Source of the DNA: Thermoanaerobaculia bacterium
Lineage (GTDB): Bacteria > Acidobacteriota > Thermoanaerobaculia > UBA5066
DNA: 64,000 nucleotides
Direction of reading: 5' to 3'
NCBI GenBank assembly: GCA_963719225.1
Contig: CAVRAY010000001.1
Location: 3,616,001-3,680,000, forward strand
Made by a program: the position numbers and the translations under genes. The stretch's first letter is position 1, and each line of letters begins with the position of its first letter. Positions 47,403 through 57,004 of this stretch are shown in pieces. The notes beneath the pieces were generated by a model. That model had not been told where the DNA came from and did no database searches. It worked only from the letters and a program-made list of their open reading frames with translations.

Positions 47403-48715
47403 GCCGACTCCCCCTCTCTCATGGCCCGCTGGTCACGGCGCGTGCGAGGTGCAAGCGTGCGTGAGCGCACCCTCGCGCACGCGCCGTGCCCGCTAGCGAC
47501 TCGACAGGAGGCTTCGCCGACGCCGAGGACAGGCCCGAAGAGCACGGCCGGAGACAACGCCCCCGGCGGCTCCGGCGAGAGGGGCTGGTGGCGCCGGCCG
47601 CGGCGGCAGCGCGCGTGCCGGGCCCCTCTTCCCCGGCCCTTCTCCCGACACGCGCGCTGCAAACGCCGCTTGCCGATAAACGCGTTTATCGGCTCCGGTG
47701 CTTTTCATTTCCCGGCCGCGCGTGCGCGGCCGGGGGCACCCCTCTCGCCTCCGGGCGTCGCTTCGCTCGGCCGTTTACATAACGTGGCGCTATGTAAACC
47801 CGCCGGGGGCATTAAGGCGCGCGCGAATAGCGCGAGCTGCTTGAAGGCCTGTCATTGCGCGTGCTTTCTTCGCGCGCGTGCGTTTGCGGTCCTCGACGGG
47901 GCTGCGGTCCTCAACCCACGCGCGCGGCACGCTCGTGCCAGGCCGGGAGAGCGCGCGGGGCACGAAGGCACCGCGCGCGGCCTCCGGCCGCGCGCCGGAG
48001 GCGCGCAGCGCGCGAAATCTCTGGTGCTCCGGGGCGCGGCGCGAACCGTGCCGCGCGCAGGATCGAGGACGCGCAGGGACGAGAACCGCAGATGCCGCGC
48101 GCGAAGCGACGCACGGAGCGTGACGCGCCTACAGCGCCCGCGCCGAAGGCGCGCGCGAAAATTCTTCGCGCCGCTTCTCGAAGCCACGGATCTCGAGGAG
48201 GCCCCGGCGCCAAGCCCCCGCGCGCGCGAGTTGCTGCGCGCTACGGCGCGCAGCCTCAGCACATAGCGCTCGCGTTATGTGAAGGGCGCGAAGCGCCCCG
48301 GAGGCGTGCGGGGTGCCCCCGCGAAACGAAGTGAAGCGGGAAATGAAAGTGCCGGGGACGGTAATAGGCCATTACCGGCCAGCGGCCGCGCGCGCAGCGC
48401 GTGGATGCAGCGCGCGTGACGGGCAGGGGAACGTGGGGCCCCGCCCGGCGCGCGCGCCGCAGAGCGCCCGGCGCCAACGCCCCGCACGCCGGAGCTCGCG
48501 CGCGCGGGGCGGATGGTGCGCCGGGTACGCCGAGAGGAAAGCCGATCAGCGCGGAGCAGTCGAGAGCCGGGAGCGCGGCGCGCCGCTTGCGCGAGAGCGC
48601 GACGACCGAGCACGTGTACTCGCGCGCGTAGGTGGTCGCGCGCGAGCCGCAGCAAGCGGCGTGACGTCGCGGGCCGTCAGCGAGGGAAGTGCACTCCAAG
48701 CCGAGGCATCACGAA

Positions 48716-49105
48716 TCAGGCGCCGCGACTCTTCGCCCGGCGCTCGGCCAGCGCATCGATGATCTTGAAGACGGCCTTCTGGTCGTGCGGAGGCAGCTCG
48801 TTGAGTCGCTTGAGATGTTTCTGCCGCTGCACGCTCGTCGCGGGCGCCGCTCCCCCGCTGCGCTCCGGCGCCTTCTTGCGGCCGAGAAGAATGTCGGTCG
48901 AAACGTCGAGCGCGTCGGCGATCGCGACGAGGAGCTCGGGTGGCGGGGAAACTCCGCGCACCTCGTAATAGGTGATCGTCTGCTGCGGCACGCCAATCTT
49001 CTTGGCGAGCTCGGCCTGCGTCAGACCCTTCGCGATCCGGAAGCGCCGAATCCGGTCCCCGAGCGTCTCAGTATTGCCTGATTTCTTCTTCCGTTTCCGC
49101 GCCAT
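48716..49105 (-). CDS. XRE-family HTH repressor (copy 2)
   Basis: Same as copy 1 except D-to-N in RLNELP. Confidence 0.92.
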   Translation of the reverse strand: MARKRKKKSGNTETLGDRIRRFRIAKGLTQAELAKKIGVPQQTITYYEVRGVSPPPELLVAIADALDVSTDILLGRKKAPERSGGAAPATSVQRQKHLKRLNELPPHDQKAVFKIIDALAERRAKSRGA

Positions 49106-49290
49106 TACCGCCGAGTTTAGGAGTGCTTCGGCAACACAAAGGCTAGCCGGGTTTGCCAGATTACATAAGACTTGTGTAATCACGGAGGCATCATCGGTAC
49201 AGCAGGCGGTCAGGGGTATTTGCCCTAGGAAACGTGCTCACCCACTCGTAAGGCCTCGCTTTTTGGGGGAAAATGCTCGTGTCAGCCTTT

Positions 49291-49340
49291 ATCGCACTCA
49301 GGAGGTCGTCAGTTCGATCCTGATCAGCTCCACCACTTTA
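49291..49340 (+). repeat. attR: displaced tRNA-Ala 3' end
   Basis: 50 bp identical to 28984-29033, followed by unrelated host-like sequence. Confidence 0.92.
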
Positions 49341-49374
49341 GATGCCTCCCTCGCGCGACAGGACCGTCGCAACC

Positions 49375-50064
49375 TCAGGCCGGTTGGCTCGTCGCGGGCG
49401 GGGCGACGCCCTTGATGAGCAGCCACAGCGCGAGCACGACCTGGAATACGAGCGCCGGCAGCCATTGGATGTATCCGGTCAGCGGCCCTGTGGAGAAACC
49501 GGCGAGCTGCAGGGGCAGTACCACAGCGAGAAGGCCCGAGGCGACCACGCCCAGCCATGCGATCGAGGCGGGCACCATCCGTCCCCGCAGGAGGAGACAG
49601 GAAAAGATCAAACTCCCGACGGCAAAGAAGATCGCACCGATGGGGACGCTCGGGCCCGGCATCAGCAGAACGGCGCGCAGCGCATTCGTTGTCGGGACGT
49701 CCGGGGCACCCGTCCCGACCCCTGCCCTCGCCAGCCACAACATTCCCAGATAGCTCGGGATGTTGAGCGTACCGAGAATGCCTTCGGCGACGCGACAGGC
49801 CAGGGCCAGCATGGCGAGCTCGTGGTTCTCGTCGCGCGTGATCCCGTACAGCGTCACGGCGAGCACGAGAGCCGAGAGGCATTCGAGCAGCACGATCAAA
49901 ATGGTCAGGCGCACGTTTGTCGCGTACTGGCCGATGCGCGCGAGTTTCGCGGCATCGTCGCCGACGCCCCTCGCCTGGTGCATCAGGAGCTCACTGCAGA
50001 TACCGATCGCTGCGTAGAAGAGGTACGTGAATCCGGCGATTCTTGCGTTTGCGGTGCGCGTCAT
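49375..50064 (-). CDS. DUF4386-like membrane protein
   Basis: ARIAGFTYL.., multiple TM helices, LALWLLIKGV end. Confidence 0.7.
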   Translation of the reverse strand: MTRTANARIAGFTYLFYAAIGICSELLMHQARGVGDDAAKLARIGQYATNVRLTILIVLLECLSALVLAVTLYGITRDENHELAMLALACRVAEGILGTLNIPSYLGMLWLARAGVGTGAPDVPTTNALRAVLLMPGPSVPIGAIFFAVGSLIFSCLLLRGRMVPASIAWLGVVASGLLAVVLPLQLAGFSTGPLTGYIQWLPALVFQVVLALWLLIKGVAPPATSQPA

Positions 50065-50065
50065 G

Positions 50066-50797
50066 TCAGTTCGCCCGGGCCGTATCGGTCGCAGCTCCGA
50101 CGGGTCGTAATCCCCTCAGCAGGAGCCATACGCCCATCGTCAGCTCGAAGAAGAAGATCGGAGCTCCATAAATCCCGACGCCGACGACCTTCGCGAGCTC
50201 GGGAAAAATGATGAACGAGAATGCGCACGCTCCCATCAGAAAGGACGCGACGATTCCCCATGCCGCCAAGGGTCTTGGGATGAAGCGCGACTCGAACCAC
50301 AGGTAGCAGAAGGCGGTGCTTCGCAGCCCGGCGAGCACCAGGCCCACGTTATACGCAGAGCCATGCGCACCGACCGACAGCCGCGCCAGGGCCTGCAACC
50401 GGTCCGCTTCGAATGCATGCAGGTAGTCCGCGCCGCTCAGGATCCGCAAGACGTCGAAGTCGCTGAGCGTGACGAAGACCAGCGTTGCGGTCTCGATCAG
50501 CCCCCAGCCCGTGGCCACCAAAGCGACACTTCGATTGACCGGCATGAGGACGACGTAAAGACCCATGATCAAGACGACATCGAGCGCGAAGACAGCGAGA
50601 TTGCTGGCGGTGCCCAGACGAAAGAGCCGTTCGTGCGCCACGATGTTCTGCGCCGTTTGGGCGACGTTACCGAAAGCGATGAGTTGGCTGCGTACGTAGA
50701 ACTCGGCGAAGATCGCCGGTGGCAGGGCAAGCAGATAGGACAGTCCCACGACCGTCGCTGCTTTACGCCGTGTTTCGTCGATCGTGGCGATCGTCAT
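50066..50797 (-). CDS. DUF4386-like membrane protein
   Basis: TAQNIVAHERLFRLG, SRFIPRPLA, FELTMGVWLLLRG. Confidence 0.75.
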   Translation of the reverse strand: MTIATIDETRRKAATVVGLSYLLALPPAIFAEFYVRSQLIAFGNVAQTAQNIVAHERLFRLGTASNLAVFALDVVLIMGLYVVLMPVNRSVALVATGWGLIETATLVFVTLSDFDVLRILSGADYLHAFEADRLQALARLSVGAHGSAYNVGLVLAGLRSTAFCYLWFESRFIPRPLAAWGIVASFLMGACAFSFIIFPELAKVVGVGIYGAPIFFFELTMGVWLLLRGLRPVGAATDTARAN

Positions 50798-50829
50798 TCC
50801 GCTTCCCCCGCTGTCCCGGCGTCGCAAGA

Positions 50830-51444
50830 CTATTTGTTCGGCTCTGACGCGCTCTTCGGCTCGGGCGTTTTCTTCGGCTCGGGCATGAGCCCAGGCTCGC
50901 TGCTCGGAGGAACGATGTTCTTCATCCGCAGGTAGACGATGAGGTTGCCGTAGTGCTCCACACCGTGGAGGGCGTTGGCCGTCAGGACGTCGCGCTTCGG
51001 CATGTCGCCGTGGAAGAGCTTCACCGTTTCCGCGCCCGACGCCTCGTTCAGACTGTCGTAGGCCTTGTCGCAATAGGCGAAGGCGCCCTTGAGCGCCGCG
51101 ACGAGATCGGCCTTCGAGGACTTGGTCTTTTCGATCTTGAGCCCGGGATTCTTCTCTCCGAGAACGACAGAACAGAAGTAGTACTGCGAATCGGCGACGT
51201 GGCCGACGATCTCTCCGAAGCTGCGGACGGATTCCACGGGCTTGAAGCCGTAGCTCTCCTCGGGCATCTTCTCGGCCGAGCCGAGGAGGGTCTTCTTCAC
51301 GAATCCGTACGCCTCCTTGAGGAATGCGTTGGGCGACGAGACCTCGGTCGGTTTGGCGGTCGCGGTGGCCGGACGATCGTCCGCGAACGCGGCTGCGGCC
51401 GGCGCGAGAAGACAGATCAACAGTGTCGGTAGAAGTGGTCGCAT
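50830..51444 (-). CDS. Exported DinB-family protein
   Basis: Signal peptide; AEKMPEE.Y.FKP..VRSFGE.VGHVA, H..EHYGNL..YLR. Confidence 0.85.
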   Translation of the reverse strand: MRPLLPTLLICLLAPAAAAFADDRPATATAKPTEVSSPNAFLKEAYGFVKKTLLGSAEKMPEESYGFKPVESVRSFGEIVGHVADSQYYFCSVVLGEKNPGLKIEKTKSSKADLVAALKGAFAYCDKAYDSLNEASGAETVKLFHGDMPKRDVLTANALHGVEHYGNLIVYLRMKNIVPPSSEPGLMPEPKKTPEPKSASEPNK

Positions 51445-51500
51445 GAGTTTCTCCTCCTGTTTGGAGACTTAGGTAACGGCGCCCGAGACGCGCATGTGCA

Positions 51501-52161
51501 TCAGATGGGTTCTCGAGAGCGGCGCAGCCGCACCGCCGCCGCGAGGCATGCCGCCGTGAGCGCCAGCCCGAGCCACAGATCGGGCGTGCTCAGAAATCTC
51601 GCCGGATCGAGCTGCGAGAGCTGATCGAGGGTCATGTCGAAACCGCGCTGCGGCTTGAAGACGAACGCCTCCTCCATGGCGCCCATCACGCGGTACTTCA
51701 GCAGGGACACGAAATACGACGTGTGAAACGCGGCCCTCTCTGCGGCTGATACCGCGAGCACCGGGAGAACGGCCCAGAGAAAGGGTGCCCGTCGCGCCCA
51801 GGCCGAAACCAGCAACAGCCAGCCGTAAATCGGCGCGAACCAGAGCACGTGCACGGTCAATCCGTAGAGGGTGACCAGAGGGTCCTGGAAGAAGCGGACC
51901 TCGGCCCACAACCTGGCGGGGCTCATGCCGTTTACCAGCAGCCAGCATGATCGGCGCCGGAGCCAGGGAGAAGGGCCTGACCACCGCGGCGTGCTGCTTC
52001 GCCACGTCGAGCGTCTCGATGTTCCTCATCCTGCGCGGGAGACCGATCACGCTGATCAAAGTGCCGAACAGGACGAAGGCGGTGACGACGAGCGGTGCGA
52101 TGTAGAGGAATCGGCTCTCCCACAGTTCGCGGCGCACGGACCAGGACATCGGCCGGGTCAT
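51501..52161 (-). pseudogene. ABC-2 type permease, frameshifted and apparently internally deleted
   Basis: The N-part (MTRPMSWSVRRELWE..APIML) and C-part (LLVNGMSPARLW..FAPIYGWLLLVSAWARRAPFLW) are in different frames and join near 51940. Confidence 0.75.
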
Positions 52162-53033
52162 CCGACCGCTCCTCGGGCCCGTCGGCTTTCGTCGCCCATG
52201 ACGGCCACGAACAGATCGGCGATGCTCGGCGTTCGCACGTCGCCGAGAGCAGCGAGTCGCGTGCGGTCGGCGCCATCGAAGAGGAGGATGGTGCGCCCGA
52301 ACACATGGCGCTCGTGAATCGGCTCGAGCGCACGTGCCGCGGCGACAAGCTCCGGATGCACCATCACTTCCAGATAGCGCGACCCGAACTCCTCCATGCT
52401 GCACGCGAGCACGATGCGGCCGCGATCGATGAACATGAGGTCGGTGAGGACGTCCTGGATCTCTTCGACCTGATGTGTGGTGACCACGATGGTGCGGCTG
52501 CTATCGAAATAGTCGTTCAGCAGCGAGTCGTAGAACTGTTTGCGAAAGAGAATGTCCAGGCCGAGAGTCGGCTCGTCCAGCACCATCAACCTCGCGTCGA
52601 TGGCCATGACCAGCGCGAGGTGCAGCTGGGCCACCATCCCCTTCGACAATTCCCTGACCCTTCGTGCGCGCCCGACGGCCGTCTTCGCGAGGAACCCCTC
52701 CGCCTTCGCGCGGTCGAAACGAGGATGCACGCCCGCGACGTAATCGAGCGCGTGCGAAACGCGGAGCCAGCGCGGCAACACGGCGACATCGGCGATGAAA
52801 GAAACGTCACGCACGAGCTGATCGCGCTCGGCCCAGGGATCGCGCCCGAGCACCCGCAGCTCTCCCTGGTAGGGCGTGAGGCCGAGAATCGCGTTGAGCG
52901 CGGTGGTCTTGCCTGCGCCGTTGGGGCCGATGAGCCCGAGGATGCGACCTTCTTGGACGCATAAGTCGAGTCCGTCCAGAGCGACGGTCGTGCCGAAGGA
53001 TTTGCGAAGGCCGCGCGCCTCGATGCATGCCAT
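52158..53033 (-). CDS. ABC transporter ATP-binding protein (YtrB-like)
   Basis: GPNGAGKTT, LSKGM, LDEPTLGLD. Confidence 0.93.
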   Translation of the reverse strand: MACIEARGLRKSFGTTVALDGLDLCVQEGRILGLIGPNGAGKTTALNAILGLTPYQGELRVLGRDPWAERDQLVRDVSFIADVAVLPRWLRVSHALDYVAGVHPRFDRAKAEGFLAKTAVGRARRVRELSKGMVAQLHLALVMAIDARLMVLDEPTLGLDILFRKQFYDSLLNDYFDSSRTIVVTTHQVEEIQDVLTDLMFIDRGRIVLACSMEEFGSRYLEVMVHPELVAAARALEPIHERHVFGRTILLFDGADRTRLAALGDVRTPSIADLFVAVMGDESRRARGAVG

Positions 53034-53037
53034 CGCT

Positions 53038-53427
53038 TCAGCGCCCCTTCTCCGGGGCGTCCGACGTCCCGGTCCTCGAGGCGGCTTTCAGCAGCTCTTC
53101 GGGTGTCAGGCCGAGCCGCTGGATCGTTGCGTAGACCCGGGGCCATTGTTCCGAAAGAAACTTCTCGCGTTCGCCCTTGAGCAGCAGGTCGCGCGCGCCC
53201 GGCTTGACGAACATGCCGCGGCCTCGCTTCGTCTCGACGAGCTCCTCGTCGACCAGCTGTTGATAGCCCTTCAGAACCGTGATCGGATTGATCCGATAGT
53301 CGGCCGCGACATTGCGAACGGACGGCAGCGGATCGCCGTCCTTCAGCACGCCGTCAAGAATCATGGCGACCACGCGATCGCGAAGCTGGCGGTAAATCGG
53401 CTGACTGTCGTTCCACTCTCGATCCAC
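53038..53427 (-). CDS. GntR (YtrA subfamily) regulator
   Basis: PIYRQL..LPSVR..INPITV.KGYQ.L..RGRGMFV; short C-terminus; heads an ABC operon. Confidence 0.92.
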   Translation of the reverse strand: MDREWNDSQPIYRQLRDRVVAMILDGVLKDGDPLPSVRNVAADYRINPITVLKGYQQLVDEELVETKRGRGMFVKPGARDLLLKGEREKFLSEQWPRVYATIQRLGLTPEELLKAASRTGTSDAPEKGR

Positions 53428-53428
53428 T

Positions 53429-53456
53429 CTGGTGAGGTAGTTAACTATAACACCAG
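53429..53456. promoter_or_regulatory. YtrA-type operator palindrome
   Basis: CTGGTG..TAGTTAACTA..CACCAG immediately upstream of the GntR start. Confidence 0.65.
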
Positions 53457-53534
53457 TGCAGATGCAAGCTCTTTCTCAGAGCTTTAAACGAGCGGCCAAC
53501 CCTGGTAGCAGCAGTGGTTACGGGTTCTGCACCG

Positions 53535-54053
53535 TCACTTGAAAACGCCGCAGCCAACCCGACTTCCGGAGTTTCCGGCAGGCTGCGACTTCAGATCATC
53601 TTGCTTCTCGTGGACGACGATGCTCCGGCCGACGACGGAGTTCGGGCCAGCCGCCACCGTGAGCATTTTCGTCATGATGACGAGGTGTCCGTTGCCGCTC
53701 TCGGCGACGGTCATGTTCCCGAAATCGCCGGCGTGATGCACGGGAGCGTCGGGAGCCCCATGCGCGGCATGCGTCGGGTTGAAATGGCCGCCGGCCGACG
53801 CAGCATCGGGCGCAGAGCAGTCGCCCTTTTCGTGGATGTGCACGGCGTGCACTCCGGGTGTCGCGCGCGAGACTTCGATCGCGATCTCGACGCCGCCATC
53901 CTTCTCCGTCGCGATGGCGGACCCTGTCATGGCGCTGCCGGACTTAGGCTCGATCGTCGCACGGCTGGATGGCGTTTCGGCCACGGCGATGCCGGCGATG
54001 AGCAATCCTGAGAACGCGAGAAAAAGGAATCGACCGTTCTTGAGAATCAACAT
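53535..54053 (-). CDS. sodC: Periplasmic Cu/Zn superoxide dismutase
   Basis: HAVHIHEKGDC, SAGGHFNP, HAGDFGN, VVHEKQDD, GNSGSRVGCG; signal peptide. Confidence 0.95.
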   Translation of the reverse strand: MLILKNGRFLFLAFSGLLIAGIAVAETPSSRATIEPKSGSAMTGSAIATEKDGGVEIAIEVSRATPGVHAVHIHEKGDCSAPDAASAGGHFNPTHAAHGAPDAPVHHAGDFGNMTVAESGNGHLVIMTKMLTVAAGPNSVVGRSIVVHEKQDDLKSQPAGNSGSRVGCGVFK

Positions 54054-54266
54054 CCGGCCCTCCGTCTTGGAGCTCGCGAGACGCAAAGGTCTTTCGACTT
54101 ATTTACCGCCCACGGCCCTTTCGCCGAATCCCGAGCAATGAGCGGGCCACCGACTTTTCCACGAGAAACGACACGCAGCTTGTAAGGATTGCCGCGGCGG
54201 AGGGAACTGCGGCACGCTGGTTGCGAGCCCAGCGAGTTGACGCGCAAGCGCCGTTCGAGAGGCGGA

Positions 54267-55229
54267 ATGACCGTCCAACACACCCTGCTGCGGAAGAAAA
54301 TTCTCCACGTCCTTGTCGACACGGTCGACCGCTTCGTCCTCCATCAGGACGCGACGCAGGCGGGCGCCTTGGCGTTTTTCACTCTCTTTTCTCTCGCGCC
54401 GGTCCTCCTGGTGGTCGTGGCCGTGGCCGGTTCCGTCTTCGGACAGGACGCGGTGCGCGGTCAGATCGTGAATCAGTTCCAGGGGCTGATGGGGGGTGAG
54501 GCCGCGCGCGCGATCCAGGCGATTCTCAAGGTAGCGGCCAACCCGACGTCGGAGCGCGACTGGGCCAAGATCGCCGGCTTCGTCCTCCTCGCGATCGGGA
54601 CGACCGCCGTCTTCGTTCAGCTGCAGGAGGCGCTCAACCGGGTGTGGGACGTGGCGCCGCATCCCGGCCCCATCGTCCGCACGCTGCTGAAGAAGCGCTT
54701 CGTCTCGTTCGCTCTCGTCCTCGCGATCGGTTTTCTGCTCCTCGTGTCGCTCGCCGTCGCGGCGATGATGGGCGCCGCGGAAGGCTGGCTCCAGAAGCGC
54801 TACTCCTTTCCGCTCGCGACGATCGCGGCGGCGAACGAGGTGCTCTCGTTCTTGGTTCTCGTCATCCTGATCGCGCTCATCTACAGGATCCTCCCCGACG
54901 CGGAGATCTCGTGGCGGGAGGTGGTGGTCGGAGCGGTCATTACGGCGACTCTCTTCTCGGTCGGGAAGTACCTGATCGGGCTCTACCTGGGACGCACGAC
55001 GGTGGCCTCGCCCTACGGCGCGGCCGGCTCCGTGGTCGTGATCCTGCTCTGGGTCTATTACGCTGCCCTGATCCTCCTCCTCGGCGCGGAGATGACGCGC
55101 GCCTTCACGGCGGTCGTCGAGCACAAGGGCGTGGAGCCAGAGCCTGGCGCCCGGAAGGTCGAGGCGACGATGCCGGCGACTCCCACGACAGCCAAGGCGA
55201 AGACGAACGCGAAGGTGCACGAGGAATGA
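54267..55229 (+). CDS. YihY/BrkB family membrane protein
   Basis: ALAFFTLFSLAP, YGAAGS..ILLWVYY..LLGAE. Confidence 0.92.
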   Translation: MTVQHTLLRKKILHVLVDTVDRFVLHQDATQAGALAFFTLFSLAPVLLVVVAVAGSVFGQDAVRGQIVNQFQGLMGGEAARAIQAILKVAANPTSERDWAKIAGFVLLAIGTTAVFVQLQEALNRVWDVAPHPGPIVRTLLKKRFVSFALVLAIGFLLLVSLAVAAMMGAAEGWLQKRYSFPLATIAAANEVLSFLVLVILIALIYRILPDAEISWREVVVGAVITATLFSVGKYLIGLYLGRTTVASPYGAAGSVVVILLWVYYAALILLLGAEMTRAFTAVVEHKGVEPEPGARKVEATMPATPTTAKAKTNAKVHEE

Positions 55230-57004
55230 GGGCCGGCGCGTCCCTGGTGGCAGCCGCCGGGATCCTGCTGCTGTCGCGGATCGGTTCTGCTGCCGAGAGG
55301 GCGAAGCTGCGCGTCGAGGTCGAGGGGCTCGGCGGGTTCGTCAGGAGCTACCTCGCGAGCGGCGATCTGAAGAAGAACGTCCTCTCGGTCCTCTCGATCT
55401 GGGACGAAAAGGGCGACAAGAACCTTACGGAGCGCCGCATCCGGAAGCTGCACGAGCAGGCGCCCGACGAGATCCGGCGGGCGCTCCAGCCGTTCGGGTA
55501 CTACGAACCGTCCATCGACTCTTCGCTCCGACGCGACGGCGACACGTGGGTCGCGCGCTACGTCATCGACCCGGGCCTCGAGCTCACGTACACGAGCGTC
55601 GACTTCGCGATCGCGGGGGAAGGGGCCGAGCACCCGGTCTTGCGCGGCCTGGCCGAGTCGCTGCCGATCCGCCAAGGCGCGGTCGTGAATCACCCGCAGT
55701 GGGAGGCGATCAAGAAGAGCTTCGAGAACGCCGCCGGCGAGAACGGGTTCGCGAACAGCGGCTGGAACGTCCACAAGATCGAGGTGGACGTCGACAAACA
55801 TACCGCCGTCGCGACGCTCCATTTCGACACGGGACCGCGCTTTTTCTTCGGGCCCGCGCGCTTCCATCAGGACATCCTCGACGAGGACATCCTGCGAGGC
55901 TACGTGACCTGGCAAGAGGGGGACCCGCTGAACCTGACGGAGCTCCTGAAGCTGCAGGGCGCGCTGTCCGACTCCCCCTATTTCCGCCGGGTCGAGGTGG
56001 AGGCCCGCCGCGAGGACGCCGTCGACCGGCGCGTGCCGATCGATGTGAACCTCGCGCCCGCGCCGCCGCACCGGTACACGTTCGGGCTCGGCCTCGGAAC
56101 CGACACCGGCCCGCGCGCGAGCGCCGGGTTCGAGCTGCGCCGGATCAATCGCAGAGGGCATCACGCGCAGGCGGAGGGGAAGCTGTCGGGAATCGAGAAG
56201 AGCCTGGCGACGAAGTATCTGATCCCCGGCCCGTACCCGCGGACCGACGTCCTCGCCTTCACGCTCGCCTATGCCGATCTCACCCCGAAGACGAGCAAGA
56301 GCAGGACCCTGCTTCTGGGGCCGAGCCTCGCCCGCTCCCGCGGCCGCTGGCGCGAGACGTTCTCGCTGACGTTCCAGCGTCAGACCTTCACGGTCGGGGT
56401 CGACGGCGGCACGTCGTACCTGACGATCCCGGAAGCGAACTGGGCGCGGGTCGTGGCCGACGACCGGATCCTGACGCGGAACGGGCATCGGCTCGAGGTC
56501 GACGCGCGAGGGGCGGTGCACAACGTCCTTTCGAACGCCACGTTCTTCCAGCTCACGACGCGCGGGAAGATCATTCGCAGCCTCGGCCCGAAGACGCGCG
56601 TTCTGGCGCGCGGGGAGCTCGGCATCCTCGCGACCTCCGACTTCCGCATCCTGCCTCCGTCCGTCCGCTTTTTCGCCGGAGGCGACGAGAGCGTGCGCGG
56701 CTACTCGTTCAACGCGCTCGGCAGCCCGGACGAGAAAGGGAACGTCATCGGCGGGCGCTTCCTCCGTGTCGTCAGCGTCGAGATGGACCACCGGATCATC
56801 GAGAAGTGGGGCGGCATCGCGGCGGCCGTCTTCTTCGACACCGGAAACGCGACGATTCCATTCTCGGGCCCGTGGAAGCAGGGCGCCGGCTTCGGTCTGC
56901 GCTGGCGCTCCCCGGTCGGCGTCGTCCGGGCCGACATGGCATTCGCGGTCAGCGAGCCGGGCCGGCCGATCAAGTTCCACCTCAACATCGGGCCGGACCT
57001 GTGA
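55226..57004 (+). CDS. tamA: TamA (Omp85 family)
   Basis: Signal peptide, ALQPFGYY POTRA segment, FFAGGDESVRGY, RWRSPVG..R.D.A, GPDL end. Confidence 0.92.
   Translation: MRAGASLVAAAGILLLSRIGSAAERAKLRVEVEGLGGFVRSYLASGDLKKNVLSVLSIWDEKGDKNLTERRIRKLHEQAPDEIRRALQPFGYYEPSIDSSLRRDGDTWVARYVIDPGLELTYTSVDFAIAGEGAEHPVLRGLAESLPIRQGAVVNHPQWEAIKKSFENAAGENGFANSGWNVHKIEVDVDKHTAVATLHFDTGPRFFFGPARFHQDILDEDILRGYVTWQEGDPLNLTELLKLQGALSDSPYFRRVEVEARREDAVDRRVPIDVNLAPAPPHRYTFGLGLGTDTGPRASAGFELRRINRRGHHAQAEGKLSGIEKSLATKYLIPGPYPRTDVLAFTLAYADLTPKTSKSRTLLLGPSLARSRGRWRETFSLTFQRQTFTVGVDGGTSYLTIPEANWARVVADDRILTRNGHRLEVDARGAVHNVLSNATFFQLTTRGKIIRSLGPKTRVLARGELGILATSDFRILPPSVRFFAGGDESVRGYSFNALGSPDEKGNVIGGRFLRVVSVEMDHRIIEKWGGIAAAVFFDTGNATIPFSGPWKQGAGFGLRWRSPVGVVRADMAFAVSEPGRPIKFHLNIGPDL

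Larger units (their letters stand above)
47041..49296. mobile_element. Integrase-less mini-element A' (copy 2)
   Basis: Near-identical to 28984-31239; four substitutions seen by eye (47363, 47532, 47648, 48802). Confidence 0.88.
28984..49340. mobile_element. Composite tRNA-Ala genomic island (A-B-A')
   Basis: Identical 50 bp tRNA 3' repeat at 28984-29033, 47041-47090 and 49291-49340; tyrosine integrase next to 47041; accessory cargo with visibly lower GC than the flanks. Confidence 0.93.
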
